DNA of 64,000 nucleotides from positions 62,001 through 126,000 of the forward strand of contig LSRY02000056.1 in the NCBI GenBank assembly GCA_001643675.2, written 5' to 3'. A program made the position numbers and the translations under genes. Under the pieces are notes generated by a model. That model worked only from the letters and a program-made list of their open reading frames with translations. It was not told the DNA's origin and ran no database searches. This document shows positions 39,600 through 53,600 of this stretch, piece after piece (position 1 is the first letter of the stretch; the number at the start of each line of letters is the position of its first letter). The DNA comes from Monocercomonoides exilis PA203. Its lineage: Eukaryota > Protista > Preaxostyla.

Positions 39600-41257
39600 T
39601 ATGCACATTGATCAGATGGAGAAACTCCAACACACTTGCCTCCCTTTCACCATTGTTATCTCATGCATTTGCGCCACAGCACCGTCCCACGTACAGCCTG
39701 CAGTATCAAAACCACAAGTCCAGAAACGCTCTTCTCCTTTATCAACCATTAAATCATCAACAAATCCACTTCTGCTCTTTGCAGATTCTTCTTCTACAGA
39801 AACTCAAGCAGCACTTCTTTCTCCTCGTCCTGCGACATATTCTTTATCGCCTTCCATTCTTCCTCAATCACCTCCCTCACTTCGCTCACAACATTCACAA
39901 ACTCCCAAACAATCATTTGTTTCATCTTCATTCGTTTTCTCAAGCCATTCAACTCCAATATTTGTTTCTTCTCTTTCCTTCTTCTTCTTATTCACCTTCT
40001 TCTTCTTCTTCTTCTCTTTCTTCTCTTTCTTCTCTTTCTTCTTCTTCTTTTTCATCATCATCATCTTCTTCTTCTATATCTTCTTCTCCTTCATTGACAG
40101 TTTCCACCTTTGCCTCTGTCTCAGCCACTTCCCCCATCTTCCCTGCACCCGCCATCACTCAAACAACCACGTCAATGGCACGGATACACTCATCAACAGC
40201 ACACCGCTTTGAAATTAGCACCTCAAACACTTCATTTTCTACCACTTTTACATTAGCCACGCTTCGCTCTTTCTTTGATGACACATCGTCTTCTGTTTCT
40301 GCATCGCTGTTGGCTCCGACGATTGTGCTTGGAGGATCTTCAACTGAATCCATTGCATTTTCTTCTTCTTCTTCGTCGTCTTCTTCTTCTTCCCTTCCAC
40401 CTTTATCTTCCTCTGCTTCTTCTTCGTTGGCATCTCTGACTTCTCCAACATCTCTCGCTTCCTCCTCTTTCTCTGCTCTTCTATCCTTCTCTCATCCCAT
40501 CCAGCAGATGTCGACATCCACCTCTCCTGGCCCTGCACTCACCCGACAGCCTCAGCCTTCATCTCAGTCTCAATCTCAATCTCAGCCTCAGTCTCAATCG
40601 TTGTCTTCCTCTCAGAACACGAACTCTCTCCACTCGCACTTCGTCAGCCACATCGCAGCAGTCACTCACACAGGCAAGCTCTCCTTCCCTCCCGTCTCAT
40701 TTGGCTCATCCAGGAAGCCTCCAACAATCTACTGCTGTTGCAACCCCAACTACATCATCAAACTTGCCAGCTGCAGTCACTTCGTCTGCTATCATCTCCA
40801 CTACTTCCTCCTCATCTCTTTCATCTGCTCTTTCTGCGCCTCTTTTCTCTTCCGCAACTGATGCGCCGCTTCTCCTCGGCACATACTCTCCATCTTCACA
40901 CACCTCGTCGCAAAAGCGCTTCTTCTATTCGCCTCCTCGTCTGTTCAAATTCACCACTCATCTTGACGATGTACCACATTCAATGCCTTCGTCCCATTCG
41001 TCGCACAAGCGCTCTTCTTCTTCGCATCAGGAGATGAGGAGGTCGATGGAGCTGCATTAACACCGTAAAGCCAATTATACAAGCACATCGATAAGCAACT
41101 CGTCAGAACACTCGCATTTGACATACTGTTCAAAGCAGGTGCTTCCAGAGATGAATGCGCTGGGGTTGATGAAAAGAGAGAAGAAGAGGAATGTGACAGA
41201 TGAGATATATGAGATGATGAAGGAGATGGAAAAGAAGAAGAAGGAACAGACACTTAA
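39600..41257 (+). pseudogene. Frameshifted Ser-rich gene fragment
   Basis: Ser/Pro/Gln-rich coding-like sequence switches among three frames (ORFs 39484, 39608, 40701), has an internal stop at 41058-41060 and no clear start. Confidence 0.45.
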
Positions 41258-44200
41258 ATAAATAGAAATTGATGACGAAGAAGAGGAAGTGGAAGTGGAA
41301 GTGGAAGAGGAAGAGGAAGAGGAAGAGGAAGAGGAAGAGGAAGAGGAAGAGGAAGAGGAAGAGGAAGAGGAAGAGGAAGAGGAAGAGGAAGAGGAAGAGG
41401 AAGAGGAAGAGGAAGAGGAAGAGGAAGAGGAAGAGGAAGAGGAAGAGGAAGAAGAAGAAGAAGAGGAAGAGGAAGAAGGATGATGAGGAGGAGAAAGAAG
41501 AGCGGAAGAAGGCAGGATTTGAGAAGGCAGCAGAGAAGCAGAAGCATTTTGAGGCAAAAGAGAAGCAGAAGGAGAAGGAGAAGGAGAAGGAGAAGAATGA
41601 GAATGAGAATGAGAAGGAGAAGGAGAAGGAGAAGGAGAAGGAGAAGGAGAAGGAGAAGGAGAAGGAGAGACAGTAAGTGATGTGTTAGCAGAGGCAGATG
41701 CTGACTGTTGTGTCTGTGTTTGTAACATTGTCTGTGAAATCGTCTGTGTGTGAGAGTAAGCTTGTGACTGCGAAATGGAGCTTGTATTCGAATGAGGCTG
41801 AGAACGTGGCTGAGAATGAGAAGAAGATTGTGAATGAGTTTGATGCTGTTGAGCAGCACTGCCATTATGAGTGTGATTAAAATGATGATGATGGCTATGA
41901 GCATGACTTTGACTATTACTTTGGCTATGGCTTTGACTGTGATTATCAAAATGGCTGTGTATATGTGTTCCAACGGACTCAGCTGTGCGTGCAGTGGAAG
42001 AGAACTGGGTGGATGTGTTTCCCGACACGACAGACGGGGTGGGAGTGGTAGAAGGAAAGATCAGATCATTGCGAGGAAGAGGAGATAGTTGTGACAGTTG
42101 TGTGACTGCATCCTTCACTTCCCTCCTCGAATCCAGCAGGTCTGAGTACTCTTCATTCACATCCGGTCTTATCAGCTCTTCGAGCGTGCGGCACAGGAAT
42201 GAATCGATGTTGGTTATCTCCTGTGCCAGCGACACCACGCTCCCGTCAAAGGAGCTGTCGTCCATCCAGAAATGCAGCTTCAGCAGGTTCTGTGCACGCA
42301 CAAAGGCAGTCAACACCTGGTGTGCTAGTCACATGCAGATTTCGATGCGGTAGATGGAAATGGCGGCTAATGAGCAGATCTCATTGATGATGCCTCGAAG
42401 CACATGCAGTCTTGTTCGCAGGCGCATTGGCAGCTCCAAAAGGATGGGGGTGATGGTGGCAGAGTCCGAGCATTGAGACAAGATGCGGGATACGACGTGG
42501 GAGCTGGCGGGGGAGCGTGTGGGGTGGTGATAAGGAAACTGAAGAAGAGGAGGAGGAAGAAGAGGAAGGAGAAGGGGAGCCGCAGATAGAGGCAGTAGCA
42601 GAGGCAGCAGCAGCAGAGGCAGTAGCAGAGGCAGCAGAAGAAGTGCCGAAGGTGGGTGAGTCAGGCATAGAGGCGAGGGAGATGTGGCGTGATGATGGAT
42701 GAGAGGAAAGATTGAGATGAGTGTGATTGAAATGGCTGGTGTTGCTGTAATTGCTATTGATGTTGATATTGTTATTGTTATAAAGATTATGATTGTGATT
42801 ATGATTATGATGGTTGAAATGATGATGGTGATGGTTATGATGACTGGGGTGGCTGAGATATTGATGAGCATCACCCGATTGGTCTGAATGAGCAGAATGA
42901 GTAGAGTAGTGCGAATGGTGCGAGTGGATGGAGTGATGGCGACTCAGAGCATGTTGCTGCTGCTGATACTGTTGTTGTTGTTGTGATTGTTGTTGTTGCT
43001 GCTGCTGCTGTTGCCTTGTCATCTGAGGCTGGTTGAACTGCAGAGTCGGCAAGTGCACACGCGAATGAGAATTCTGCAGTGTTTGCATCGTCTGCAGCGC
43101 AGAATGTGAGGCGCGGTGCTGGTTCTGTTGTTGGAACAGAGACGATCGCGAGGCTGGGAGTCTCGCAGAACTCGTTCGACGAGGAAGACGGAGACGACGG
43201 GCTGAGCGGAGGTTCTTCGGCACCGCTTATTTCTCCGTCCGGAGAAACATGAAAGCGATCTCTTTGACGCTGCTCGACGAGCGAGGAGAGGAACTCGTAG
43301 TCCTGCTGCCCGAAGGCAAACAGGCGGGCAAGCTTCTTGTTCCCGCTGGCGTGCTGGATGAATGCGATGATGGCATCCAGCAGCTGAAGAGCGCTGTCGA
43401 TGTACTCCCGCACAACAGTCGGCTTGATCGGGTAGATGTCTGCGATCTTGATGATGCCTTCGAACGGCGACCAGACGTTGAGTGCCTGCTGCTGCTGCTT
43501 CATGCTGCGGATCTCCAGCGCCACCTTCGCGCGCACAGCAGACAGCGTCAGCGGCACCAGCGGCTGCGACGCCATCAGCGTATATGTGCGCTCCGCAGCT
43601 GCTTTCTGCTTGTACTGCTTCAGCTGCGCCGTTTCCAGTTTGTAGAACGCTGCTTCAAACGGCCTGCGCTGCGTCTCGTTGGAGGTGGCTGGCACACACC
43701 CCAGATGCGCAGCATATGCACAGGAATACACCACAAAGTAGATCAGCGCCTTCCGCACGGGATCTTCGGGCATTTGAAAAGCTGACTGTGACTGTGAGTC
43801 GAAGTCGTCTGCTTTGTCAGGCATATCCAACGAAGCACTGTGAGCAGAGCACTGTGCAGCTCCAGTGGCTTCGGCAGCAGATTTCGGCTGTTCGTTTTCT
43901 GTGTCTCCCTTTTGGAGCTGAGGTGGCTGTTGGGCAGCGTTCTTGCTGTGCTGAAGACGAGAAGAGAAGCCTTCTGCCTTGTCGCTCTGTTGGTAGACAG
44001 AAGAATAATACTGCACTTCTTCCCATTCTTCGCTGTTGTGCCAATCGCTCTTCTTCGTGCTAATGTTCGCTTTCTTTCTTTGACCTTGCGACGAAGAGAA
44101 AACTGAAAACATTCGTTCCAGCTCAGCTTCCACAGCTTCTGTGTATATTCCAGACTGGAGCACTTTGAAATACACGCCGCACTCCATATTCTGATAAAAA

Positions 44201-45354
44201 TCGCACAGCATTTTGCTCCTTTGTACAATTACTCGAGCAGATTGCACATCAACCTCTGGGACAAAGCCAGATGAGAGATTGAAAATATCCTTTGGTGTTG
44301 TGTCCAGCAATTGTTGTCTCTCTGCTCGAATGCTGTTTAGCTAACCTCCTTCGATTACGATTATTCGAGATAAAATTAATTTTTGAAATGATTCTATTAT
44401 TTCACTGTTCAATCCTTCGGAAGGCATTTCATCTCCCTCGCTCAGAAATAGCTGCATCGCTGGAGCCAATCTATAAAATGAATCATTCATTCCATTGAAC
44501 AAGTGCGAAGAAAATAAAAGCACTTGCAAGACCAATCGAGATGGTCCATACTTGTTCAACGTTTTTGAATGAGACAATTTTCCACTTATCACATTAATCA
44601 AAAAATTCCATTTGTTCACGTATTTGTAAAGTTTTTTGTAAGCTGCCAGACTTTTTAATATTTTATGACGCTCTTGTGTACCATGAAGCGGAAGCGTCGA
44701 AAAAAAAATAACGAGGCAAAAGGCTATTGATCGTTCCTTCGATAATTTTTAAGAGAAATGCAAATCGAACGTGTTGAACTTCCAATCTAGTTTCGCAAAT
44801 TGAAGGATTTTTAATAATGTTTGGTACATTCCATTTGCAGCAAGACGGATTGTAGACGCAATTGTAAGATTGAAAGAAACAGATGAATATGGTAAAGAAT
44901 ACATAAGTAGCGATGTAGCAGTTGGAACTCCGTGAGGATAATTACGATTTATTAATACAAATGTAAATGGTAATGATTTTTTTCGTTTCCTGCCTCATAA
45001 ATGTGCAGATAAGATACGGTAAATTTCCTGAAGAAAAGTCCTTCACAATTCCAAAACTCTTCTTTTCTTCATCTCTGTCATACACTTGCGATATTAAATT
45101 TACAAATGTATTAAGGAATTTTTCTGTTGTTTTGGACTCCAGTTTGATGAAATAGAGCTTTAATTAATGGAAGAGTTGAATAACATAAAAAAATACATAA
45201 CAGATCAACAATTCTAAAAAAACACATTTTTTTTTATGAAATGAGCCAGATGATTTGCATTGCCCTGATCAAAATAACTTTTTAGCAGAGAACCCATTTG
45301 TTTGAAATTGGTAATAGTTGTTTCATTTACAATTTCTTGCTCCCAAAAAAGCAT
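41258..45354 (-). pseudogene. Disrupted large hypothetical gene with low-complexity Q/H/S tracts
   Basis: Exon-like 5' part (MLFWEQEIVNE...), in-frame TAG at 44341-44343 and TGA at 42329-42331 flanked by continuous coding-like sequence, plus two frame switches near 43230 and 42520. Confidence 0.55.
41304..41447. repeat. Perfect hexamer microsatellite (GAAGAG)24
   Basis: 144 bp of uninterrupted GAAGAG, poly-Ser on the - strand; (GAAGGA)n Ser-Pro repeats follow at about 41567-41667. Confidence 0.95.
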
Positions 45355-47658
45355 CAAAATATTCTAATTCATTAAAATCAAGAACCTTAAAACAACCAAA
45401 AAAGCATAAATAAATATATAAAAGAAAATAAAAATAAAAAATAAAAAATCAGTTGATCTGGAAGCATATTGAGTATGAGGAGATAAAAAAAACTGAATTT
45501 GGAGAAGTGTTATATGCACAAAATAGAATCTTTCAAACAAGCTGTGAAAGCAGAACTGGTTGATCTGTGTGCTTTTGTCGATTTGAGAATAAGTGATTGT
45601 TGCTGAAGATGAAGGTGATGATGATGAAAATAACAAAAAAAAAAAAAAAAAAAGAATAGAAGGTGTTTGAGAGACCAACGAAGAGAGAAGAATTTCTCTT
45701 GTCTTGTTGCTCTGTTTTTCTCGCAAAAGAGTCAGAAAACCCTGTTCCAGACTGGTCACTTATACAATCGGATTCTGTGCCCATCCAATTCAATGAAGGA
45801 AAGTAAAGATATATGAAACAAAGAAGATTGAAGAACAAAACAGATGAAAATTGTATGAGTTTTCGATGAGTAAACTATCGAGATCGATGAAAAAGAAGAA
45901 GATGATGAAGATGGAGAAGAACAAATTGACAGCAATGACAGAACATATTGCCAAAGTGAAATAAATTTTCTGATTCTTTCCCTTTCTCTTCTTCTTCTTC
46001 TCTGCTGCTCAATCACCACAAGATGAATTGATTTTCCTCCCAGAATCCACAAGAGAGGAAAAAGTGAAAGTTAGCTTCAAATAATCAGGGGCAGAAGATA
46101 ATTCTCATATTTTGTGCTTTTCATCCGCTTCCAAAGCAATTAGTGAAGATTGTAAGGAGGAAGTTGATGATGTTTGAAGTGTGTTTGGAGACTGTTTCGT
46201 TGAAGAAGATGAAGTAAAAAAACTTTGCAAATCAACTTGGTTCGTCAACAGCTCATAATTCTTTTTTTTCAAGTTCCAAATGAAACTTTGTTGCACCTGT
46301 GAATATGACGATTTGTGCATCCAAATCTCCTTCTGCTGCTGTGGTTGATTCTCTTTTTCATCTGCTTTGCATTTCTCTCTCTCTCTCTCAATCATCCTCA
46401 CCCAAATTCGCTCATAACCCTTTCCACTCCTGCTGCTTCCAAGCATTCTCGTTCAATGCTGACTCATACAAATAGACTTTGAAATCGAAGTGATATCTCC
46501 TCCTTTTCATGTTTCCATCTGGTGCCTTCATTGTGCAATCACCAGCATGATTCTTGTTCTTTCTTCACTTCAACAGCAAATCCAATCCCAAATCATCCCC
46601 CACACCCAATGCATTTCTCCATTTGTTCCACCAAAAAGAAAAAATATCATTCATCCATCATCTATCTCACTTCATCATTTCTCCACTTTTCCAAAGCTCA
46701 TTGCATTCGTCTGCTCATTTTTCTTCCTTTGCCTCTTTCACCAAAGCAATTTGTCAAACAAATCCGTCATAAGCAAGGCACATGAGACTTTGGCCATTGC
46801 TCTAGAATTGTTCTATTGAAATTAAAAATATAAAAATAGACAAAAGCAGGTGCGGATTTCCATTCCAATTAATAATCAAACAAATGATTTTGTTTTATTG
46901 AAATTGTTCGAAAAAATAAAATTTTGGCAAACACTTTATACAAAATCCTTCTCATCCGATATTATCTTTGTTTTTTCTAAAATTTTCCATTTTCAAGTGT
47001 TTCAGCCTTTGGCAAATTTCTTTTGATTGAAATAGCATCTTTTTCTGCTCAAAGCATGCAAAATGCATCCCCATTTCAAAAAATGCAAAATGCACACAAA
47101 TGAATAAATAAATCCTGTGTGGATCATTTCTTTGATTGAAAATGTTCATTTCGGCCAGGATTCGCTTTTCAATCTTCAATTCAGAAATCAATCATTGTTT
47201 CTGCTGTTTGAAAATTCAAAAATACAAATTCTCAACAAACAAAAAATATCATCCTGTGATATGAAATTTTAAATATTTCTCCAAAGGCTCTTTAATTCTT
47301 CAAATAAACTAATGTTTTGAAGAACAACCACTGACCAATTGTTGTGTTTGAGCGTGCTAGGAAATCTCTCTCAGATGTTTCTAAATATAATATGGCATCA
47401 TAGAAACCACATTTTGTCGCTGTACACTTGTTGGTTGATGAAATATCAACACATCAAAATTGTTGTATTCTCAATTTATATTATTCATTTGATCAATACG
47501 ATAATTTGTTTTCCTATAAGTTATGTTGAAAAAATGCAACTACAAATGAAAATACAATTGCACTTTTGATACGAATATATTAAAAGTTTGTTACCCATAT
47601 TAGAAAAAGAAATTCAGGAAAAAAAAGAAAAAGAAATTCCACTTGGGAACTGGGCTCA

Positions 47659-50600
47659 ATGCTGTCAGGAATATGCTGTTTTGTCTGCATAATATATTTT
47701 CAGTGCATGTACAATGGTATGGCAAATGAAGAAACATTCCAGACAAATGAACTGAAGAAAGAAAGAATTGATGATAATCTCGAAAGAAATTGGTCGGACA
47801 CCTTTCAAAAGGACATTTTTGCCAATGAAAATGCATTGGAAACAAACATCGATGGAAGAGAAGGTGGAACGAAAATAACGAAGAAATGTGAAAAAAGGAA
47901 GAATGGAGATTCGAAAGAAGAGAATGATGAAAAACTCAAATTCAAAAAATCCAGCCCAAATGAAATGGTTCGAGGAACAAACATGTCTGATGAGCGAAAA
48001 ATGAGGAAACAACAAAGATTTGAGGGTGAAAGTTGGATTGAAGGGTGTTTGATGTTTGCCAATTCTTCAATAAAACTCCACTCCCTGGGATTGGTGCCAA
48101 ATGAAGGCCAAAGTGTATTGAATGCTGCAAAAGAGTGTTTTGTCGAAGTGAACAGATGTGGGATAGAAATTGGGGGAGAAATACCTCCATTTTGTTTTAG
48201 TGGAAGTTGTGGGCTGTTCATCAATATATCTCTCCGATTCCCTTTGAATTCACATTTACAGAAATGCACATCTCTCTTTTCTTCACAACCATTTGAAGAG
48301 GTGCGTTCAGAAAAATGTCATGTTTCTGTTTGTTCCTCTCATTTCTCCTCTTTTTGTGTTTCTTCAGCCCCATTCCTATCATCCCCTTCAATACCCCTAA
48401 TATCCCTTTCTCAACTGACATTTTTCAACATTTCAACATCATCTACAGATTGTCCGTCCCCAGCAACTGTGACAACCCAAACGTCATATCTAATGAATAG
48501 TTGCTCATTCTCATCAATCTGCGATGCATATGATGGAGGAATTGTTCCCTCTCTTAACAACCCCTTGACCTCTTTGACAGCCTCAAACACCTCTTTTTTT
48601 AAATGTTGTCGGACAAGAAATATTGAATGCAATGGAACCGCAGATAATATTATAAAGCCAGGGAGACAGAATATAACAGACAATGGAGCAAATTTATTCA
48701 CTTGGTGTGAATGGAACGGATCAAAAACAACAGGAACAAATAAAGATTTCTCTGATGGCACTTCAAATGGTGGAGCAATTTATATGTTCAATATGGAGAA
48801 TGGAATTCTAATAGTCACTCACTGTTCTTTTAATGGATGTGCGGCATTTCATACTGGAGGAGGAGTTATGTGTGCAAACATTAAATCTGTTGAGATTGAA
48901 AACAACTCATTCAACTCATGCACAGCTCAAATAAGTGCTGGAGGAGGAATGTGCGTCGTGGCAGTTTCATCATGTGTTCGGATCAGCGGATGCAAGTTCA
49001 GGTTTTGCCAGGCATATCATTATGGAGGAGGTCTTGATCTTGAAGATATTAATTGTTCAGGAACAGGATGCATTGATACAGAAAATGATGGAGGGGAAAG
49101 TTTGTGTGTGATTGATTGCAGTTTCACTTCTTGCTCAGTTTCAAGTTATTATGGCGGAGGCATGTTTTGCGAAATTGTTCCTAAAACTCAATTAAAAATT
49201 AGGTTCATTCAGTTCATTTCATGTTCAGCAGCATTGTATGGAGGTGGTCTGAGAATTCATCTTTTGAGACAATCATCACAAAAGGATATAATTTATTGTG
49301 ATTATCTTTTCTTTCACGAATGTGAATGTTCAGGAAATCCCCCCTATGGCCATGACATAATGTTTTATGATCTTTTTAATGCTTTCCTGTCTTCAAGCAA
49401 TCCGTTCTTTGAATGTTACACAACAAATACAAATGATCAGAGAGTATGTTATGGATATGACAATATGGGAAGCAGTTGGTCGTACCATCACACAGAAAAA
49501 CAGTGGTGGATAAATAATGGGATTCTGAATCGGTTTGTTGCAGTTGATGGTGGTTTTGAAGACAAGATGTGTGGAATAGATGAATCAAGGGCTTGCAAAT
49601 CAATTGGAGTTGCTGTTCATCAAAGCAAAACACAGACGACCTTGGTTGTCATCCCGATGGAAGGGATTCACAAAAGAGAGACCACTCCTATTGATATTGA
49701 ATCAATGAAGGTATCAGTCATCGGGTCAGGCAACGATAAGAGTTCGATTGGAACAGGAGCCCTTTCATCAACTGGATCGCTGTTCAGTGTGACGACGGGT
49801 CACCTTGGTTTATTGCACATGAAGGTTGATTGCAACTCAAATGCAAATCCTTCTTCGCCGAGTGTGGTTGTGGTGTCTGATGGAAGTGGATCACTCTCGT
49901 TGGAGGATGTTGTGATCACCACGAGTAACACAGGAGAATATTTGATATCATCGTCTTTGTTTGTGGTGCCGCTGTCGCAGCTATCGATGGTTGGTGTGGA
50001 GATCAAAGATATGAATGTGTCAGAACCATTATTCTCTGAGCCAGATCAATCATCGAGATCGACATCTGGAGAAAGCGTTTTGGTGAATGTGACAATTCGG
50101 AATGTTAAACTGACAACAGGAAAAGGAGCTGTAATTACAATGAGTGCGAAGTCAGAGGAGAAATTTCTGGTGAGCAATACAACAATAGAGGGATGTGAGT
50201 GTGAGGAAGGAAATGGAGGAGGAATGAGTATTCATTTGGCAGACAATGGAGAAGTGGTGATGAATGGAACAACTGTCGTTGATGGATGCAAGGCTGGGAA
50301 TAATGGAGGAAATGGAGGGAAAGGAGGAGGGATGTTTGTTTTGATGGAGAGTGAGGGATGTGGATTGACAATTGGGCAGAATGTTGAATTTTCAAAGGTG
50401 AATGAGAATGTGGCCTCATATGGGAAAGATGTGTTTATTCATTGTGAGAGTGGTGTATTTTTGGAGTCAAAAGTGAATACCAGCTCATTTTCATTTTTTG
50501 ATGCAAGTGTTATTCCATCAAATGTGTTGAAACTAAGTGGGAGTGAAAATGGTAATGAAAGTGAAGTGATTCCACTGTTTGTGTATTTATGCACAATGGG

Positions 50601-53600
50601 GACAAAGGTGATTGTTGATGGGAGTGGAGGAAATGGAAAGGACCACAACCATTGTGGATTTGAAGCATTCAGGTGTTTGACAGTTGATTATTGCGCAAAC
50701 TCAAGAATGAATAGCACCGTGAATGAAATAGAGATTGTCTCATCTTCATCAATAACCAAGGAAATAACAGGATCGTCTTTTGGTGTGATAATTTCAGGAA
50801 GAATAACATCATCAGCGGAGGAGAGGATGGGAGTGAATGTGAGTGACAGAGGATCAGCCACACAAAATTGGCTTGTTGGATGTTCGAGTTCACTTACAAT
50901 GAGCAGACTTTCATTTGTTGTGAAAGATCAGTTGAATATGAGGAGAAGTGCATTCATCCATTCAACATCAACACTCAAAATTACAAACTGTTCAGTCTCA
51001 TTTGAGAGTGGGGCAATGACTGATGGAAAGATAGGATACAATGTGATAAACATTGAGGGAGGAGAATTAATTATGAATGGATTTGTGATGGAAGGGGGAG
51101 TGACAATGAATGGGAAATCAACAATATCAATGACAGATGGAATGAGATTGGAGATGTTGAACAGCAGAGTGAGTGGAGTGGAAGTGATTGGAGTAGATGG
51201 GGGATGTATGAATGTTGTGATGAAGGAAGAAGGAAGTGCAAAAGTTGAAGAATGTAATTTTTCATCAAGATGCTCGGATGGAAATGAAATGAAAGGAGGA
51301 GGGATGATGATATCAGTGGTGAAGGGAAGGAGCTTGGAGTTGAAAAAGGTGAATTTGTCAAGATGTGAAGTGCCATCAGAGGATAGCGAAGAGGGAGGAA
51401 AAGGAATTGGAGGAGGGATGTTTGTTGAACTTCCCAATCAAATGGGATCATTTGTGATGGAAGGAATGACATTTGAGGGATGCAATGCCTGGAAAGGGAA
51501 GAACGTGTTTGTTTCTGGATGGAATCTGAGCGAGATTGTGAACAAGGATCATTTCAAATGGGAGATGAGCGAAGGGGAATTGAAATCATTGGATGAATTG
51601 TGTGGGCGGGAAAAGAAGACAACAGGAGAGGGATATGTGATTCCATTGGTTGTGTATTTGTGGAGGAATTGGAGTGGGAATGGGTTTGCTTCGAAAGATC
51701 AAGGAGGAGACTTCAGTGGGTGTGGGTATTCAGAAGCACCATGTTCATCGATTGAGCACTTGATATCACTGAGATATGAACCACTTGGAAAAGGGGAAAC
51801 ACACATCAACATTGTTGGAACAGGAGCACTCAACAGAGCAATTTCATTTCCATCACCTCCTTCATTAACAGAAACTCCCATTGTGACGATCGAAGGAGAA
51901 AAGAAAGGAACAGTTTTGAAAGTGAGAGAAATGGATGGAAATGGAGGAGGTAAATCGATGGTTGTTTCGAATGTTCATCTTTCATTCAAGAACATATCAT
52001 TCACAATGCCGAATGAATTGGGGAGGCATTCATCATTCATTCAATCTTCATCTTCCTCTGCAATGCTTTCGGTTGTGAGCTGTTCGATTGATTGTAACGA
52101 GGAAACAAGAGAGATGAAGTATTGTGTTGTGAGGGCGGATGGAGGAAGTGTTGCAATTGAGGATTTCATGCTTTCTGAGTTGAGTGTAGCGAAAGGGTTT
52201 GTGGAATTCACGACAGATGTGAAAAGTGTTGATGTGATGAATTTGACAATATCGAACACAACAATTTCAGGAGGCAGTCTGATATCGCTGAGTCAGCCAT
52301 CCCCAACAAATGTGTTGATCCACAATCCAAGAGAAAGCACAAAACAAATCGTGAGTGTGAAAAGTTCCTCGTTCACAAACATCACATGTTCAGAGAACAG
52401 AGCATGTGTGATGAGTGTGGGATCATTTTCATCTTGGATGGAATGTGTGATTGAAGGGTGTGTGCTGACGAAGTGCATGAGCGAGAGAAGCTTGGAAGGA
52501 GGAGGGATGAAGATGTTGATGAAGAGAGGCGAGTCGGAGGTGAAAGTGAGTGGGTGTTCGTTTGGGATGTGTGTGTGCTCAACAGGGAATGGAAGGGGAG
52601 GAGGGATGATGATTGATGCACTTGATCCGAATGTGGAATGCTCCAACACGGAAATGCGACCTCTTGGGCTGAGATTGGAGAACATCCGATTCATGATGAA
52701 TGATGCGTTTGTGGGAAAGGATGTGTTCATCCTATGTGATTCGATTGCCTCGCAGATCAATGAAAGACTGTTTTTGCTGGACTTTAGTCAGGAATCTTTG
52801 AAGTTGAACAACTCGATGTGTGGGAGCGATGGAGAAGAGAATATAGATGTTGATCTTATTCCGCTGATCACATTCTATTATTCTTCGCAGGTGTTTGTCT
52901 CAGTGAAAGGGAGCGACAGTGCGCAATGTGGAAGACGAGATGCTCCATGTGAGAGCATTGGAAATGCTGTGCAACACATTCAAAGAAGCATTGCGAGCAT
53001 GATAATAATTGATGGAGAAGGGAAGATTGGAGGAGAATGTGTGACTGGGGATGTGAGGATGGTACCTGTGAAGAAAACAAAGGGGAAGATCCATTTTGAT
53101 GGGAAGATAGAAAAAGCATCTGAAGAGAACAGCATCTTGAAGTTTGTGAATGAAAGTGCAGTGGAAAGATGCTCATTTGAGTTTGGAGAACAGTTTTCAT
53201 CGAGTCACAGCTGCATCATGAAAGTGAAGAACGGGACAATCATGATGAGGGAGTGTGAGTGTTTGTCATCAACATCTGAATTGGTGATAAAAAGTATTGT
53301 GATGTCAGTTGAGGGAGGAGAGCTGGAGATGGACAAGTGTGTGTTCACGAGAATGCAATTGTCTGTGCCTTTGATTGAATTCATTGGGGAATCGAAAGCA
53401 GTCATATCAGAAACTAAAATAGATAATTTGGATTCAGAGGGAAATGTGATTGAAGTTGGAGACAGAGCAGAAGTGGAGATGAAGGAGTTGGATGTTCAGA
53501 ACATCACTCTCTCAAGGAGTGGAAGTGCGGTGAAAATGCAGTATTTGGTGAAGAATGAAGTGTTATCGAACTGTTCATTTGGAAAGTGTTTGAGCTCAAA

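Noticed and set aside
41254-41973. Poly-KR, poly-E, poly-LP and poly-R ORFs
   Set aside because: Alternative frames of hexamer microsatellites.
42080-42330. Dynamin GED-like helix (LEELIRPD...RREVKDAVTQL)
   Set aside because: No GTPase motifs anywhere in the gene; the resemblance is generic.
37058-44343. In-frame TAA/TAG/TGA as evidence of stop-codon reassignment or selenocysteine
   Set aside because: PI4K ends at TAG exactly at its conserved terminus, and long ORFs contain no internal TAR. The interrupted genes also carry frameshifts, so decay explains the stops.
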